Origin: an uncultured Verrucomicrobiota bacterium
GTDB taxonomy: Bacteria > Verrucomicrobiota > Verrucomicrobiia > Limisphaerales > SXQI01
Direction of reading: 5' to 3'
DNA length: 47,662 bases
Assembly: GCA_964611245.1 (NCBI GenBank)
Contig: CAZSXX010000001.1
Span: 5,038 to 52,699 of the forward strand
Numbering within the stretch: the first letter of the stretch is position 1; each line of letters begins with the position of its first letter. Positions 26,110 through 34,939 of the stretch are shown here, piece after piece. The translations under genes were made by a program, and so were the position numbers. The notes under the pieces were generated by a model. That model ran no database searches. It worked only from the letters and a program-made list of their open reading frames with translations, and was not told the DNA's origin.

Positions 26110-27089
26110 CAGATTTTCACCTCGCCAAATATGGCCTTCAGGATTTCCTCAAAGCCAACAACGCCGACCTCCCGGCGCTCTGGATTGAGCACAATCGCGA
26201 GGGGCTGGCCGGAGCGCTGCAGGCGCCGCAACGCCTCTTCGATGGCGATGTGGTCGCTGATGTAAAGCGCGGGAATGATCCGCTCCCGGATTGGCCGCGC
26301 CTGCTCTTCCGCCGTGCCATAAAGGATGGAGCGGAAATCCACCACCCCCGCGACCCGCCGCCGCGAGGCGTCCTCCCAAACCGGAAGCTGGTTGCGGTTC
26401 GTGTCGCGGGCCGCGCGCAACAACTCCGCGCCGGTGAGCTGCGCGGTCAAATCCGGCAGCCGGCCAAACGGAAGCGTGATCTGTCCCACGGTCGTCTGCT
26501 GCAGGTCCAGCACGCGCGTGATCATCGTCCGCTCCTCGCCGGAGAGCGTGCCTGCCGAATCCTGGACGGCCATCCTCAACTCCTTGCGGCTGCTGAACAC
26601 TTTCCCGGTGTAGGCATGGCCGCCCGTCCAGCGCAGGAATAGGTCGGAGAACTGTTGGATCAAATGAGCCAGCGGCCGCATAAGCAGGTCGATCAGTTGG
26701 AAGGGAATCGCGGCCATCATGCAGAGCCGGTTTGGATACATGCGGAAAATCACTTTGGGGAAAAGGTCGCAGGCGACATAGAACACGACGATGGCCGTCC
26801 CAAACAGCGCCAGGCAGGCCAGCGGGCGTCCGCGCAGATGGTCGAAAAGCTCATACACAATCACGCTGAAGGCGCCAAACGCCGCCAGCGTGTTTGCGAC
26901 CAGGATGGTCCAGAGGAATTTTTCCGGCCGGTCCAGATACCCCATCAGCACTTTGGCCCGCCGCCGGCCCTCTCGCGCCTGCTGGCGGATTCTCCATCGG
27001 CCCAGGGTGAGGACCCCAACCTCCATTCCCGCGCAAAGGAATGAAATCGCCAGAAACAGCGCCAGCAAAACTAGGATGGCCGGGCTCAT
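26109..27089 (-). CDS. CNNM/DUF21 and CBS pair protein lacking the CorC_HlyC domain
   Basis: 326 aa. 'LFLAISFLCAGMEVGVLTLGRWRI' (DUF21). CBS pair ('TVGQITLPFGRL', 'VAGVVDFRSIL', 'EVGVVGFEEILKAIFGE'). The protein ends right after the CBS pair. Confidence 0.82.
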   Translation of the reverse strand: MSPAILVLLALFLAISFLCAGMEVGVLTLGRWRIRQQAREGRRRAKVLMGYLDRPEKFLWTILVANTLAAFGAFSVIVYELFDHLRGRPLACLALFGTAIVVFYVACDLFPKVIFRMYPNRLCMMAAIPFQLIDLLMRPLAHLIQQFSDLFLRWTGGHAYTGKVFSSRKELRMAVQDSAGTLSGEERTMITRVLDLQQTTVGQITLPFGRLPDLTAQLTGAELLRAARDTNRNQLPVWEDASRRRVAGVVDFRSILYGTAEEQARPIRERIIPALYISDHIAIEEALRRLQRSGQPLAIVLNPERREVGVVGFEEILKAIFGEVKI

Positions 27090-28315
27090 GCGCGTTTGAC
27101 CGTTTCGACAATCAGTTCATGGACCCGGCGGTCATCCACCGCGTGCGCGGTGAGCCGCAGACCCCGGAACACCGCGCTCTCGCCGATGTTTGGCACCACC
27201 TCCAACGCGTGCACCAACAACCCGCCCATGGTGTCCACATCGGGCGTTTCGCCAAGGTCGGGAAATTCCCGGCGGAAATCCTCGATGCTGGTCGCCCCGC
27301 TGACCCGCCATTTTCCCGGCCCCTGCTTTTCCAACAGGTAGCCGCGTTCGTCGGTGTCCCGCCGGATCTCGCCGATCACTTCCTCCAGGATGTCGTGGAT
27401 CGACACCAAGCCGGCCGTCCCGCCAAACTCGTCCAGCACAATGGCGAGCCCGCGCCGCTGGCGCTGCAACGCCTGGAAAAGCTGCAGCAAGTTCATGCTC
27501 GCCGGCACGAACGAGGGAAACTCGATCGCCTCGGACAGGTCGATGGAAGGGTTGAGCAAAAGCGAGCGCGTGTTCAGAATCCCGACGATCGTGTCCGGAT
27601 TCTCGTCATAAATGGGAAGCCGCGAGTGCTTGTGCCGCCGGGCGGCTTCAATCATCTCCTCAACCGAAAGGTCGTCGGGGATGCACGCCATGGTGGCCCG
27701 CGGCTTCATGACATCTCCCGCGGTGCGACGCTCCATGCCCACGATTTGAAGGATGATTTCCTTCTCTGTCCGGGCCAGCGTCCCCTGCTGCCACGCGATC
27801 TCCAGCAAATCCTGGTACTCCTGGTCCGACAGGTGCGGCTGCGGCTTGATGTTTTTGGCGATCAGCCGGAACGCCAACTGCTCGATTCCGCCGGCCAGCC
27901 TGCGGGCGGGCCGGCTGTAGCGCGTCAGCATCTCGATCGCCCTGGCCAGGCGCAGGGCCCAAAATTCCGGCGCCCGCACCCCCAACGCCTTGGGCAACAC
28001 CTCGCAGAACAGCAGGATGAACAGGAACAGGGCGGCCATCGGCAGGATCACCGGGACCTCCCGCTTCAGCAACAGCCACAGGACCGTGGCCACCATCGCC
28101 CCGTTGGCGAAGGTGTTGCCGAGGACGATCGACGCCAGCACCTCATGCGGTTGGGCCAGCAAGGACTGCACGCGCAACGCGGCCGGCGTGGCGTCGCTCA
28201 ACTGCTGCAACCGCCAGCGCCCCAGGGAAAACAGGGCCGTCTCCGCCAACGCGCAGAAAAAACTGGCCGCCGCGCCGAACAGGATCACGAACAGCGCTGT
28301 CTCCCATGTCAACAT
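27086..28315 (-). CDS. CNNM/DUF21, CBS pair and CorC_HlyC domain protein
   Basis: 409 aa. 'AAASFFCALAETALFSLGRWRL', 'TAGDVMKPRATMACI', 'GLAIVLDEFGGTAGLVSIHDILEEVIGEI'. C-terminal 'WRVSGATSIEDFRREFPDLG...DTMGGLLVHAL'. Confidence 0.88.
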   Translation of the reverse strand: MLTWETALFVILFGAAASFFCALAETALFSLGRWRLQQLSDATPAALRVQSLLAQPHEVLASIVLGNTFANGAMVATVLWLLLKREVPVILPMAALFLFILLFCEVLPKALGVRAPEFWALRLARAIEMLTRYSRPARRLAGGIEQLAFRLIAKNIKPQPHLSDQEYQDLLEIAWQQGTLARTEKEIILQIVGMERRTAGDVMKPRATMACIPDDLSVEEMIEAARRHKHSRLPIYDENPDTIVGILNTRSLLLNPSIDLSEAIEFPSFVPASMNLLQLFQALQRQRRGLAIVLDEFGGTAGLVSIHDILEEVIGEIRRDTDERGYLLEKQGPGKWRVSGATSIEDFRREFPDLGETPDVDTMGGLLVHALEVVPNIGESAVFRGLRLTAHAVDDRRVHELIVETVKRA

Positions 28316-28398
28316 TCCGTGGAAAGCATTGCGAATATGGCCGCGAATTGCAACGAACCCCCTCGCCGATTTTCGCCCCGCCGCCCAATGGCCCGCAA

Positions 28399-28427
28399 TT
28401 GACTTGCCGCCCGGGCGCCGATACCGT
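28399..28427 (+). promoter_or_regulatory. Candidate sigma70-type promoter (TTGACT-N17-TACCGT)
   Basis: TTGACT at 28399-28404, a 17-nt spacer, then TACCGT at 28422-28427, 11 nt before ATG 28438. It lies in the 122-nt divergent region between the CNNM operon and the zinc-ribbon gene. Confidence 0.3.
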
Positions 28428-28437
28428 CTGGAGCCCG

Positions 28438-29166
28438 ATGCTTAGCGTTATCGAAAATCTCCTCATCCTGCAGGACCGCGACCGAAAAATTCACCGCGTC
28501 CAGACCGAGTTGAACAACATCGACCCCGAACGCGCGTCGCTCCACGAAAAAGCCAAAGCCGCGCAGGTCGGCCATGAGGCGGCCAAAACCCGGGCCAAGC
28601 AGATTGAGTCGGACCGGAAGAACCTGGAGCTTGAAGTCGAGGCGAAAAAGAAGCTGATCGAAAAATACTCACTCCAGCAGTTCGAGACCAAAAAGAACGA
28701 GGAGTACCGCGCGTTGGCCCATGAAATCGACGGCTGCAAGGAGGCCATCGTCAAATTTGAGGACCAACAACTGGAGCTGATGGAAAAAGCGGAGGTCGCC
28801 GCCGCCGAGGTCGCCGCCGCGGCCAAAATCTCCAGCGAGCTGGTCAAGCAGGTCGACGCGCTCATCAAATCGCTCGCCGACCGCGAGACCAGCCTCAAAC
28901 GGCAGTTGGAGGAATTGCGGCAGGACCACGACAAGCTGGTCTCCGCCGTCGATGACGGGGCGCGGGCCCGCTACGACCGCCTGCGCCGGACCAAGGGCGG
29001 CACCGCGCTGGTGGGCATCGAGCACGGTGTTTGCGGTGGCTGCCACATGAAGCTGCCCATGGCGGTGGTGCTCGGGGTCCAGGGCGACCAGGACATCATG
29101 ACCTGCCCCAACTGCGGCCGCATCCTTTATTACCTGCGGCAAATGGACCTGACCACGACGGATTAG
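28438..29166 (+). CDS. Coiled-coil / C4 zinc-ribbon protein (COG1579/DUF164-like)
   Basis: Start is ATG 28438 ('MLSVIENLLILQDRDRKIHRVQTEL'). Long coiled-coil, then a C-terminal zinc ribbon 'CGGCHMKLP...MTCPNCGRILY'. Confidence 0.8.
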   Translation: MLSVIENLLILQDRDRKIHRVQTELNNIDPERASLHEKAKAAQVGHEAAKTRAKQIESDRKNLELEVEAKKKLIEKYSLQQFETKKNEEYRALAHEIDGCKEAIVKFEDQQLELMEKAEVAAAEVAAAAKISSELVKQVDALIKSLADRETSLKRQLEELRQDHDKLVSAVDDGARARYDRLRRTKGGTALVGIEHGVCGGCHMKLPMAVVLGVQGDQDIMTCPNCGRILYYLRQMDLTTTD

Positions 29167-29168
29167 CC

Positions 29169-30089
29169 GTGGCGCCAATTTCAATCGCCGAGATAGCCGC
29201 CGCGATCCGCGGGTCGCCGCGCGTTGAGGCGGTTGACCTTTCCGAGTTCCGCCGGGTCCTCGCGCACCATCCCGAGGACATGACCGTGACGGTCCAGGCT
29301 GGCCTCCCTTGGGCGGACCTTGGCGCGGCCCTGGGCGAACATGACCAATGGCTCCCGATCGACCCTCCCCTCGCGCACCTCTGGACCGTGCGGGACGTGC
29401 TCGACCACGGCATCACCGGCCCGCGCCGCTGCGGGCATGGTCTCGTCCGCGACCATGTGCTCGGCCTGAGGGTCATCCTCGCCAACGGCGAGGTGATCCG
29501 CACCGGCGGCAAGGTCGTCAAGAATGTCGCCGGGTATGACCTGACGCGCATGTTCGTCGGCGCGCGTGGCTCCTTGGGCCTCATTGTGGAGGCGACGTTC
29601 AAAACCCTGCCGCGGCCGGAGGCGGAGCGTTTCGGCCAGGCGCAGGTCCAGTCCCTTGAGCAGGCGGAGGACCTGATCGCCGGAATTTCCGAATCGGACC
29701 TCAACCCCACCGTCCTCGATTTTCACAACGTCCCCGCGGCCGGGGAGCGCGCTGGATGGTGGCTGGTCATCGGCTTTGCGGGCGCGGCCGAGGACGTCGA
29801 AGAACAGATGGCGCAAGCCTCCGCCGCGGGATTTTCCAAGGCATCCGACCTGGACCACGAGAAACGATTCTGGGAGGCGGCGCCGGCCGGAGGGGTCCAA
29901 ATGATTTCGGTCCTGCCGTCGGACCTGATCAAACGATTGGCCTCGCTTGCGCCCCAGTTTTTTGTCGCCCGGGCCGCCAATGGCGTCATCCATTACCTGG
30001 GCGACCCTCCCAGGCTGGATAAAAGCGACACCGCCCACCTGCAGGAACGGTTGAAAAAAGCCTTTGATCCGGAGGGCAAATTCCGATGA
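29169..30089 (+). CDS. glcE: FAD-binding oxidoreductase, glycolate oxidase subunit GlcE-like
   Basis: In-frame GTG at 29169, 2 nt after the upstream stop. 'VQAGLPWADLGAAL', 'TVRDVLDHGITGPRRCGHGLVRDHVLGLRVILANGEVIRTGGKVVKNVAGYDLTRMFVGARGSLGLIVEATFK'. Confidence 0.75.
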   Translation: MAPISIAEIAAAIRGSPRVEAVDLSEFRRVLAHHPEDMTVTVQAGLPWADLGAALGEHDQWLPIDPPLAHLWTVRDVLDHGITGPRRCGHGLVRDHVLGLRVILANGEVIRTGGKVVKNVAGYDLTRMFVGARGSLGLIVEATFKTLPRPEAERFGQAQVQSLEQAEDLIAGISESDLNPTVLDFHNVPAAGERAGWWLVIGFAGAAEDVEEQMAQASAAGFSKASDLDHEKRFWEAAPAGGVQMISVLPSDLIKRLASLAPQFFVARAANGVIHYLGDPPRLDKSDTAHLQERLKKAFDPEGKFR

Positions 30090-31318
30090 GCGCGCCGGGC
30101 CCCATTTTGGACGCCCAAAAGAGCCTGGCCTGCATTCATTGTGGGATTTGCCTTTCCTCCTGCCCCACCTACCTCGAAACCGGCGATGAAAACGACTCGC
30201 CCCGCGGCCGCATCTATTTGATGCGGGGCATGGACAGCGGCCGGCTGCCCGTCGGCGGCGCGCCGGTCAAGCACATCGACCGCTGCCTGGGCTGCCGCGC
30301 ATGCGAGGCCGCCTGCCCCAGCGGCGTGCAATATGGGGCGTTGCTCGAGGAAACGCGGGACCACATCGAACGGCATCACCACCGCTCCCTTTGGCAAAAA
30401 CTCCTCCGGCGCGTGGCCATTGAGCAAGTGTTTCCATTTCCCTGGCGCATCCGCCTTTCGCTGCTCCCGGCCCGCGCCATCCGCCGCCTTGGGCTTGAGG
30501 GCGAACTGCCCCGGTTCCTGCGTGATCTGCTGGCCCTCCTCCCTGAGCAAATCCGCAGTTTTCCGGCGCCGGAATTTTCCCCCGCCATTGGCGAACGCAA
30601 GGGCCGCGTGGGCATGGTGTCGGGATGCGTCATGAGCGTGCTGTTCAGCCGCACCAACGCCGCGACCATCCGTCTCCTCAATCAGCTTGGCTACGACGTC
30701 GTCACCCCCCGGGATCAAGTCTGCTGCGGCGCCTTGCACGCGCACAGCGGCCGGCTCGCCCAAGCCCGCTCCCTGGCGCGGAAAAACATCCGGGCGTTTG
30801 ACGACGCCAAGGTTGACCTGATCGTCATTAACGCCGCGGGCTGCGGGTCCTCCCTCAAGGAGTACGGCCATCTTCTGCGGGCCAGTCCCGACGCGGGGCG
30901 GGCCAAGGCCTTTGAGGCCAAGGTGCTTGACCTCACGGAAATGCTGGCGCGCCATCCCGGGCTGGAGGTCAACCCGCGCCTGGCCCAGTACCGCACCACG
31001 TACCACGACGCCTGCCACCTTGCGCACGCGCAGGGGATCACTCTTCCGCCCCGCGAGTTGGTCCTGAAAGCCGCCGGCAAGAATTACGTGGAGCTGCCCG
31101 AGTCGGACGTCTGCTGCGGCAGCGCCGGAACCTACAACCTCACCGAACCCGCCATGGCCGAACGCCTTCAGGCGCGCAAGATAAGCAACATCATCGCGAC
31201 CGGAGCCGAGGTGGTCGTCACCACCAATCCCGGCTGCATCTTGCAGATCCGGGCCGGCCTGAAAAAGGCGGGCGCCGACCGCGTCAAAGTCATCCACATC
31301 GCCGACTACTTGGCTTGA
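30086..31318 (+). CDS. glcF: (Fe-S)-binding protein, glycolate oxidase iron-sulfur subunit GlcF-like
   Basis: 410 aa. Two 4Fe-4S motifs 'CIHCGICLSSCP' and 'CLGCRACEAACP'. Two CCG-type Cys-rich domains ('CCGALH', 'AAGCGS', 'CCGSAGTYN', 'NPGC'). Confidence 0.85.
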   Translation: MSAPGPILDAQKSLACIHCGICLSSCPTYLETGDENDSPRGRIYLMRGMDSGRLPVGGAPVKHIDRCLGCRACEAACPSGVQYGALLEETRDHIERHHHRSLWQKLLRRVAIEQVFPFPWRIRLSLLPARAIRRLGLEGELPRFLRDLLALLPEQIRSFPAPEFSPAIGERKGRVGMVSGCVMSVLFSRTNAATIRLLNQLGYDVVTPRDQVCCGALHAHSGRLAQARSLARKNIRAFDDAKVDLIVINAAGCGSSLKEYGHLLRASPDAGRAKAFEAKVLDLTEMLARHPGLEVNPRLAQYRTTYHDACHLAHAQGITLPPRELVLKAAGKNYVELPESDVCCGSAGTYNLTEPAMAERLQARKISNIIATGAEVVVTTNPGCILQIRAGLKKAGADRVKVIHIADYLA

Positions 31319-32568
31319 GCCATGGATTCATGCTCCTCCAGGATCGGTTTCCGGTGCGTGCGATCCAGGCCAAAATGATCCGCGTAAATACGGCGCAGGT
31401 CCGCCCCAAGCCCATCCCACGAAAGCCGGGCGGCCACTGACTTCTGGCCTTCCCGAGTCAGGCGTTCGCGGAGTTGGCCGTCGCTCAGGGCCCGCAATGT
31501 CTCCGCCGCAAAATCCTTTTCCGTGTCCGCCAGCAGCGCGTCGTGCCCATGAACGATCCCCAGTCCCTGCGCGCCAATCGTGGTCGAGACCACCGGCGTG
31601 CCCATCGCGAGCGACTCGACGATCTTCAGCCGTGTGCCCCCGCCGATCCGGATGGGCACCACTTGGACCCACGCCTGCTGATAATAGGGCCGCACATCCG
31701 GCACCCCGCCAGTGACGGTCACGTTGGGAATCTTCCCAAATGCGCGGACCTCCGGCGTCGGCTCCTTTCCAACCACCCACATTTGCAGGTCGGGCTCCCG
31801 GGCCGCGATGGACGGATGGATCTTTTCGAAGTACCAACGAAGCCCGTCGACGTTCGGGTTGTAGTCCATGGCTCCGCAAAAGAGGATGGTCGGACGCCCG
31901 CACTTCGCGCCGAAAGCCGGATTGGCCTTGAAATGGGCCAAGTCCACGCCATTGGCGATCACCTCGACCGCCCCCCGGCGGGTGATGTACTTTCGCACAA
32001 ACGTCAGGTCGTCCCCGCCGCAGACTATCTGGACCGCGCACCGACGCGCCACCGCCCGCTCATACCTCCACAATTTCGCCATGTTCTCGACGTTCAAAAG
32101 CTGGGTTTTGAAGGAAAACTTCATGCGCTGTTGTTCCATGGCCTGGTACTGCAAGTCAACGCGGGTGCGGTCCACCACAAGCGGCACGCTCCGGAGCCGC
32201 CGCAGGAATGGCCGTGCCATCACCACGTCAAACACATGGGCAGCCGCGTATTCCCCGCCCGCGAGGCGGCGCGCGATGGCCTCGTCAAGCGCCGGGATGT
32301 TCCAATGCTCGATGGTCGCAGGCAGGGGGTTCGCGAGCCGGGATGGGATCAGCCGCTGCCATTGGGGATGTTCAAAGGGGACAATTTCGACCTCCCGGCA
32401 GAATTTCTCGAACTCCCGCGCGTGCTCGCGCCCGGCCCCATTTTCAGCCAGCGCGACCAAATCCACCTCGTGCGCCTGGCACAGTCCCTTGAGCAGGTGG
32501 AAGGCGCGGTAATGGGCGCCGCGGTCCAGCGGATAAGGCACATAGGGATACACAGCGAGTATTTTCAT
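31306..32568 (-). CDS. Glycosyltransferase family 4 (GT-B, group 1)
   Basis: 420 aa. 'MKILAVYPYVPYPLDRGAHYR'. C-terminal 'RIGGGTRLKIVESLAMGTPVVSTTIGAQGL' (EX7E-type region). Confidence 0.85.
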   Translation of the reverse strand: MKILAVYPYVPYPLDRGAHYRAFHLLKGLCQAHEVDLVALAENGAGREHAREFEKFCREVEIVPFEHPQWQRLIPSRLANPLPATIEHWNIPALDEAIARRLAGGEYAAAHVFDVVMARPFLRRLRSVPLVVDRTRVDLQYQAMEQQRMKFSFKTQLLNVENMAKLWRYERAVARRCAVQIVCGGDDLTFVRKYITRRGAVEVIANGVDLAHFKANPAFGAKCGRPTILFCGAMDYNPNVDGLRWYFEKIHPSIAAREPDLQMWVVGKEPTPEVRAFGKIPNVTVTGGVPDVRPYYQQAWVQVVPIRIGGGTRLKIVESLAMGTPVVSTTIGAQGLGIVHGHDALLADTEKDFAAETLRALSDGQLRERLTREGQKSVAARLSWDGLGADLRRIYADHFGLDRTHRKPILEEHESMAQAK

Positions 32569-33701
32569 CAGTTAAATTGGGCCCATATCTTCTGATACGC
32601 GCGCACGAACCCCGCGAAGTCCGCGCTGTCCGTCCCGAGGCGGGCCTGGAGCTTTGCCACCGAATCCGGATCGGACAGCGCCCCGGGTGTCCAGAGCAGC
32701 AACGCCAGCGACTCCAAGAGCCGCGCCCGTGGATACACCGTGGCCAGCCCGCGTGGGCCGAAAGCCCGGAGGTTCAGCAGGAGATTGCGCACCCGGCGTT
32801 GGTCCGGGTGTTTCTCAATGGGATCGAACGCGTAATCGCGGGCCGAGCGGAATCCCTTCCCCAAGCGGCGCGCCTCCAGCCAAAGAAAAATCTGCTCGGA
32901 CAGGTCCCGCATTTCTTGGTGCTCCGCGCGCAAGGCGGCCCGTGTTTCACCCGAGACGAAGGGATGCAGCTTGAAGGACACTCCGGCGGCGTGGTGCCGA
33001 AGCAACTCCGGCAGCCAGGCCAACCCCGGGGTCGGCTCAATTTTCTCCAGCCTCCGATGCCGCTCCCGGCAGCTCGCGTGGTACCTGCCGAAGGCCGTCA
33101 ACACGGCGTCCCCCAAGGCGAGCTGCGCCTTGGCGATGTTGCGCCTCACGAAATCCGCGTCCTCCCCCGCGAAGGCCGTTTGGTCCAGTCGGGCCGCCGC
33201 AAAGAGCAGGCCTGAGGATCGGTTCATCAGCAGCCGGGTCGCCTCATGCAGCGGGATGCGGTGCGCGGCGCGGTGGTGTTCGCAGTCAAATTCCTCGCGG
33301 ACTCCGTGCAGCCAGCGGTGGCCGACCACCAGGTCGTGGTAGAACATGCTCACCTGCGCGCGGCGGATTTTCTCGAACGTGAGCAGCTTGATTTCGAACT
33401 CGATGCCCGTCTTGGCCGTCCAATGGTGGGTCAGCTCGAGCAGGCGTTTATTGAACCGGCGTTCCTGCGCCAGCAGCGGGCCCGCGACGAAAATGTAAAA
33501 CTCAAGGTCGTTGTAGGGCTCCTCCCCGCGCGGGCCCCGCACCACGCCGCCCTCCCCGCGCCCATATCCGCCACCCAGGACCACTGCCCGCAATGCCCAC
33601 TCGGGAATGATTCCCCGCACCCCCACCGTGAACGCGGCGCACCAACTTTCCAAGCGTTTCTCCAGCTCCGGGCCTCCGTCCGTTGTGAATCGCTGCGTCA
33701 T
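32568..33701 (-). CDS. Hypothetical protein with Pol-beta-superfamily nucleotidyltransferase-like N-terminus and a helical C-terminal domain
   Basis: 'VVLGGGYGRGEGGVV...YNDLEFYIFV' fits the G[GS]...[DE]h[DE]h minimal NTase pattern. The track start 33716 is a TTG. The first ATG (33701) forms an ATGA overlap with the upstream GT4 stop. Confidence 0.5.
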   Translation of the reverse strand: MTQRFTTDGGPELEKRLESWCAAFTVGVRGIIPEWALRAVVLGGGYGRGEGGVVRGPRGEEPYNDLEFYIFVAGPLLAQERRFNKRLLELTHHWTAKTGIEFEIKLLTFEKIRRAQVSMFYHDLVVGHRWLHGVREEFDCEHHRAAHRIPLHEATRLLMNRSSGLLFAAARLDQTAFAGEDADFVRRNIAKAQLALGDAVLTAFGRYHASCRERHRRLEKIEPTPGLAWLPELLRHHAAGVSFKLHPFVSGETRAALRAEHQEMRDLSEQIFLWLEARRLGKGFRSARDYAFDPIEKHPDQRRVRNLLLNLRAFGPRGLATVYPRARLLESLALLLWTPGALSDPDSVAKLQARLGTDSADFAGFVRAYQKIWAQFN

Positions 33702-34939
33702 GGCAAAGTGGGCCAAAGTCGGACGGTTTCCTCCAAATACGACTCAATCTGGCCGACAATGCGCGGTTCGTCGTAGTTCGCCCGGACTTCGGTTTGGCCC
33801 GCGGCCGAAATGCGCGCTCGCAGCTCGCCGTCGCTGGCCAACCGCTGAATTCGTTCGGCCAGTTCGTCGGCCTGCCCCGCGGCGTAGGTCAGCGCGTTGT
33901 CCCGGTCCCGGAACAGCTCGCGGCTGCCGCCGGTCGTCGTGCCGATGACCGGCAGCCCGCAACTCATCGCCTCCAGCGGGGTCAGGGCGAACGGCTCCGC
34001 CCATTCCGAGGTGAAGAGCAGCGCGTCGTGCGCGGCGTAAACGGCGGGCATCTGGTCCATGCTGGCCTGTTGAAAACGCACCGGGATCTTGTTCACCGCC
34101 ACAAAATCATGGAGCTCCCGCACATAGCCCGCCTCGCCGACGCCGTAAACATTCAGGACCACCCCCAACCCTTTGGGGAGCGCCTTCATCGCTTTGAGCG
34201 CCGTCAGGATTCCTTTGTCTTCGCTTAGCCGCCCAACCCAAAGAAGGTTGCGGCAAGGCTCATCCGCCCGGCGGGCCGCGCCATTGAAACGCCGGGTGTC
34301 CACCGGGCAATAAATGACGGCGCCATGCATCACGTCGAAGCCCGCGGCGGCCGTGAGTTTACGCAGCGCCTTGCTGCAAAAATAGACGCGGCGGAACTTC
34401 AGGGCGCCCGCCGCCGCAGTCGGTGCCAGCCGGTCCACACCCGCCCGGACTCCCACCGCCCGCAAGACTGCCCTCGCCACGCTCCGGCTCCGGGAGCCGG
34501 GCTGGTTCCACCAGTTCATCCAGACATCGGCCGCCAGCCCCCTGGCGATCCAATGGTCGGACAGGTAAAAAGCGGTCGGCACGCCCATTCGCTCCAGCGT
34601 GGTGAGCAGCGATTTCGAAATTCCGCCCATGTTCCAGACGTAGACCAAATCAGGTTGGAATCGCGCGAGCGCGGCCCGAAGAATCCGGTTGTTCGTGATC
34701 TCCAGCCTGGCCAGGGACCCGATGCCACGCCACGCGTGCCCGTAAAATCCATGCACCAACAAGGAACGCTCGACCCCAGTCAGTTCGTCGCCCGTGGGAT
34801 TGTTCACCCGATGGTTGGACGTCAGCGTCTCGACGATGTGTCCCCGCGCCCGCAGCGCCTTGACCACGGCGTGGCAAATCAATTCATAGCCCCCGAGGTA
34901 ATGGGGCGGGAAAAGATTGGTGAGAACGAGGATTTTCAT
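33698..34939 (-). CDS. Glycosyltransferase family 4 (GT-B, group 1)
   Basis: Start is ATG 34939 ('MKILVLTNLFPPHYLGGYE'), an ATGA overlap with the GT2 stop. 'WVGRLSEDKGI', 'SEWAEPFALTPLEAMSCGLPVIGTTTGGSRELF'. Confidence 0.85.
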   Translation of the reverse strand: MKILVLTNLFPPHYLGGYELICHAVVKALRARGHIVETLTSNHRVNNPTGDELTGVERSLLVHGFYGHAWRGIGSLARLEITNNRILRAALARFQPDLVYVWNMGGISKSLLTTLERMGVPTAFYLSDHWIARGLAADVWMNWWNQPGSRSRSVARAVLRAVGVRAGVDRLAPTAAAGALKFRRVYFCSKALRKLTAAAGFDVMHGAVIYCPVDTRRFNGAARRADEPCRNLLWVGRLSEDKGILTALKAMKALPKGLGVVLNVYGVGEAGYVRELHDFVAVNKIPVRFQQASMDQMPAVYAAHDALLFTSEWAEPFALTPLEAMSCGLPVIGTTTGGSRELFRDRDNALTYAAGQADELAERIQRLASDGELRARISAAGQTEVRANYDEPRIVGQIESYLEETVRLWPTLP

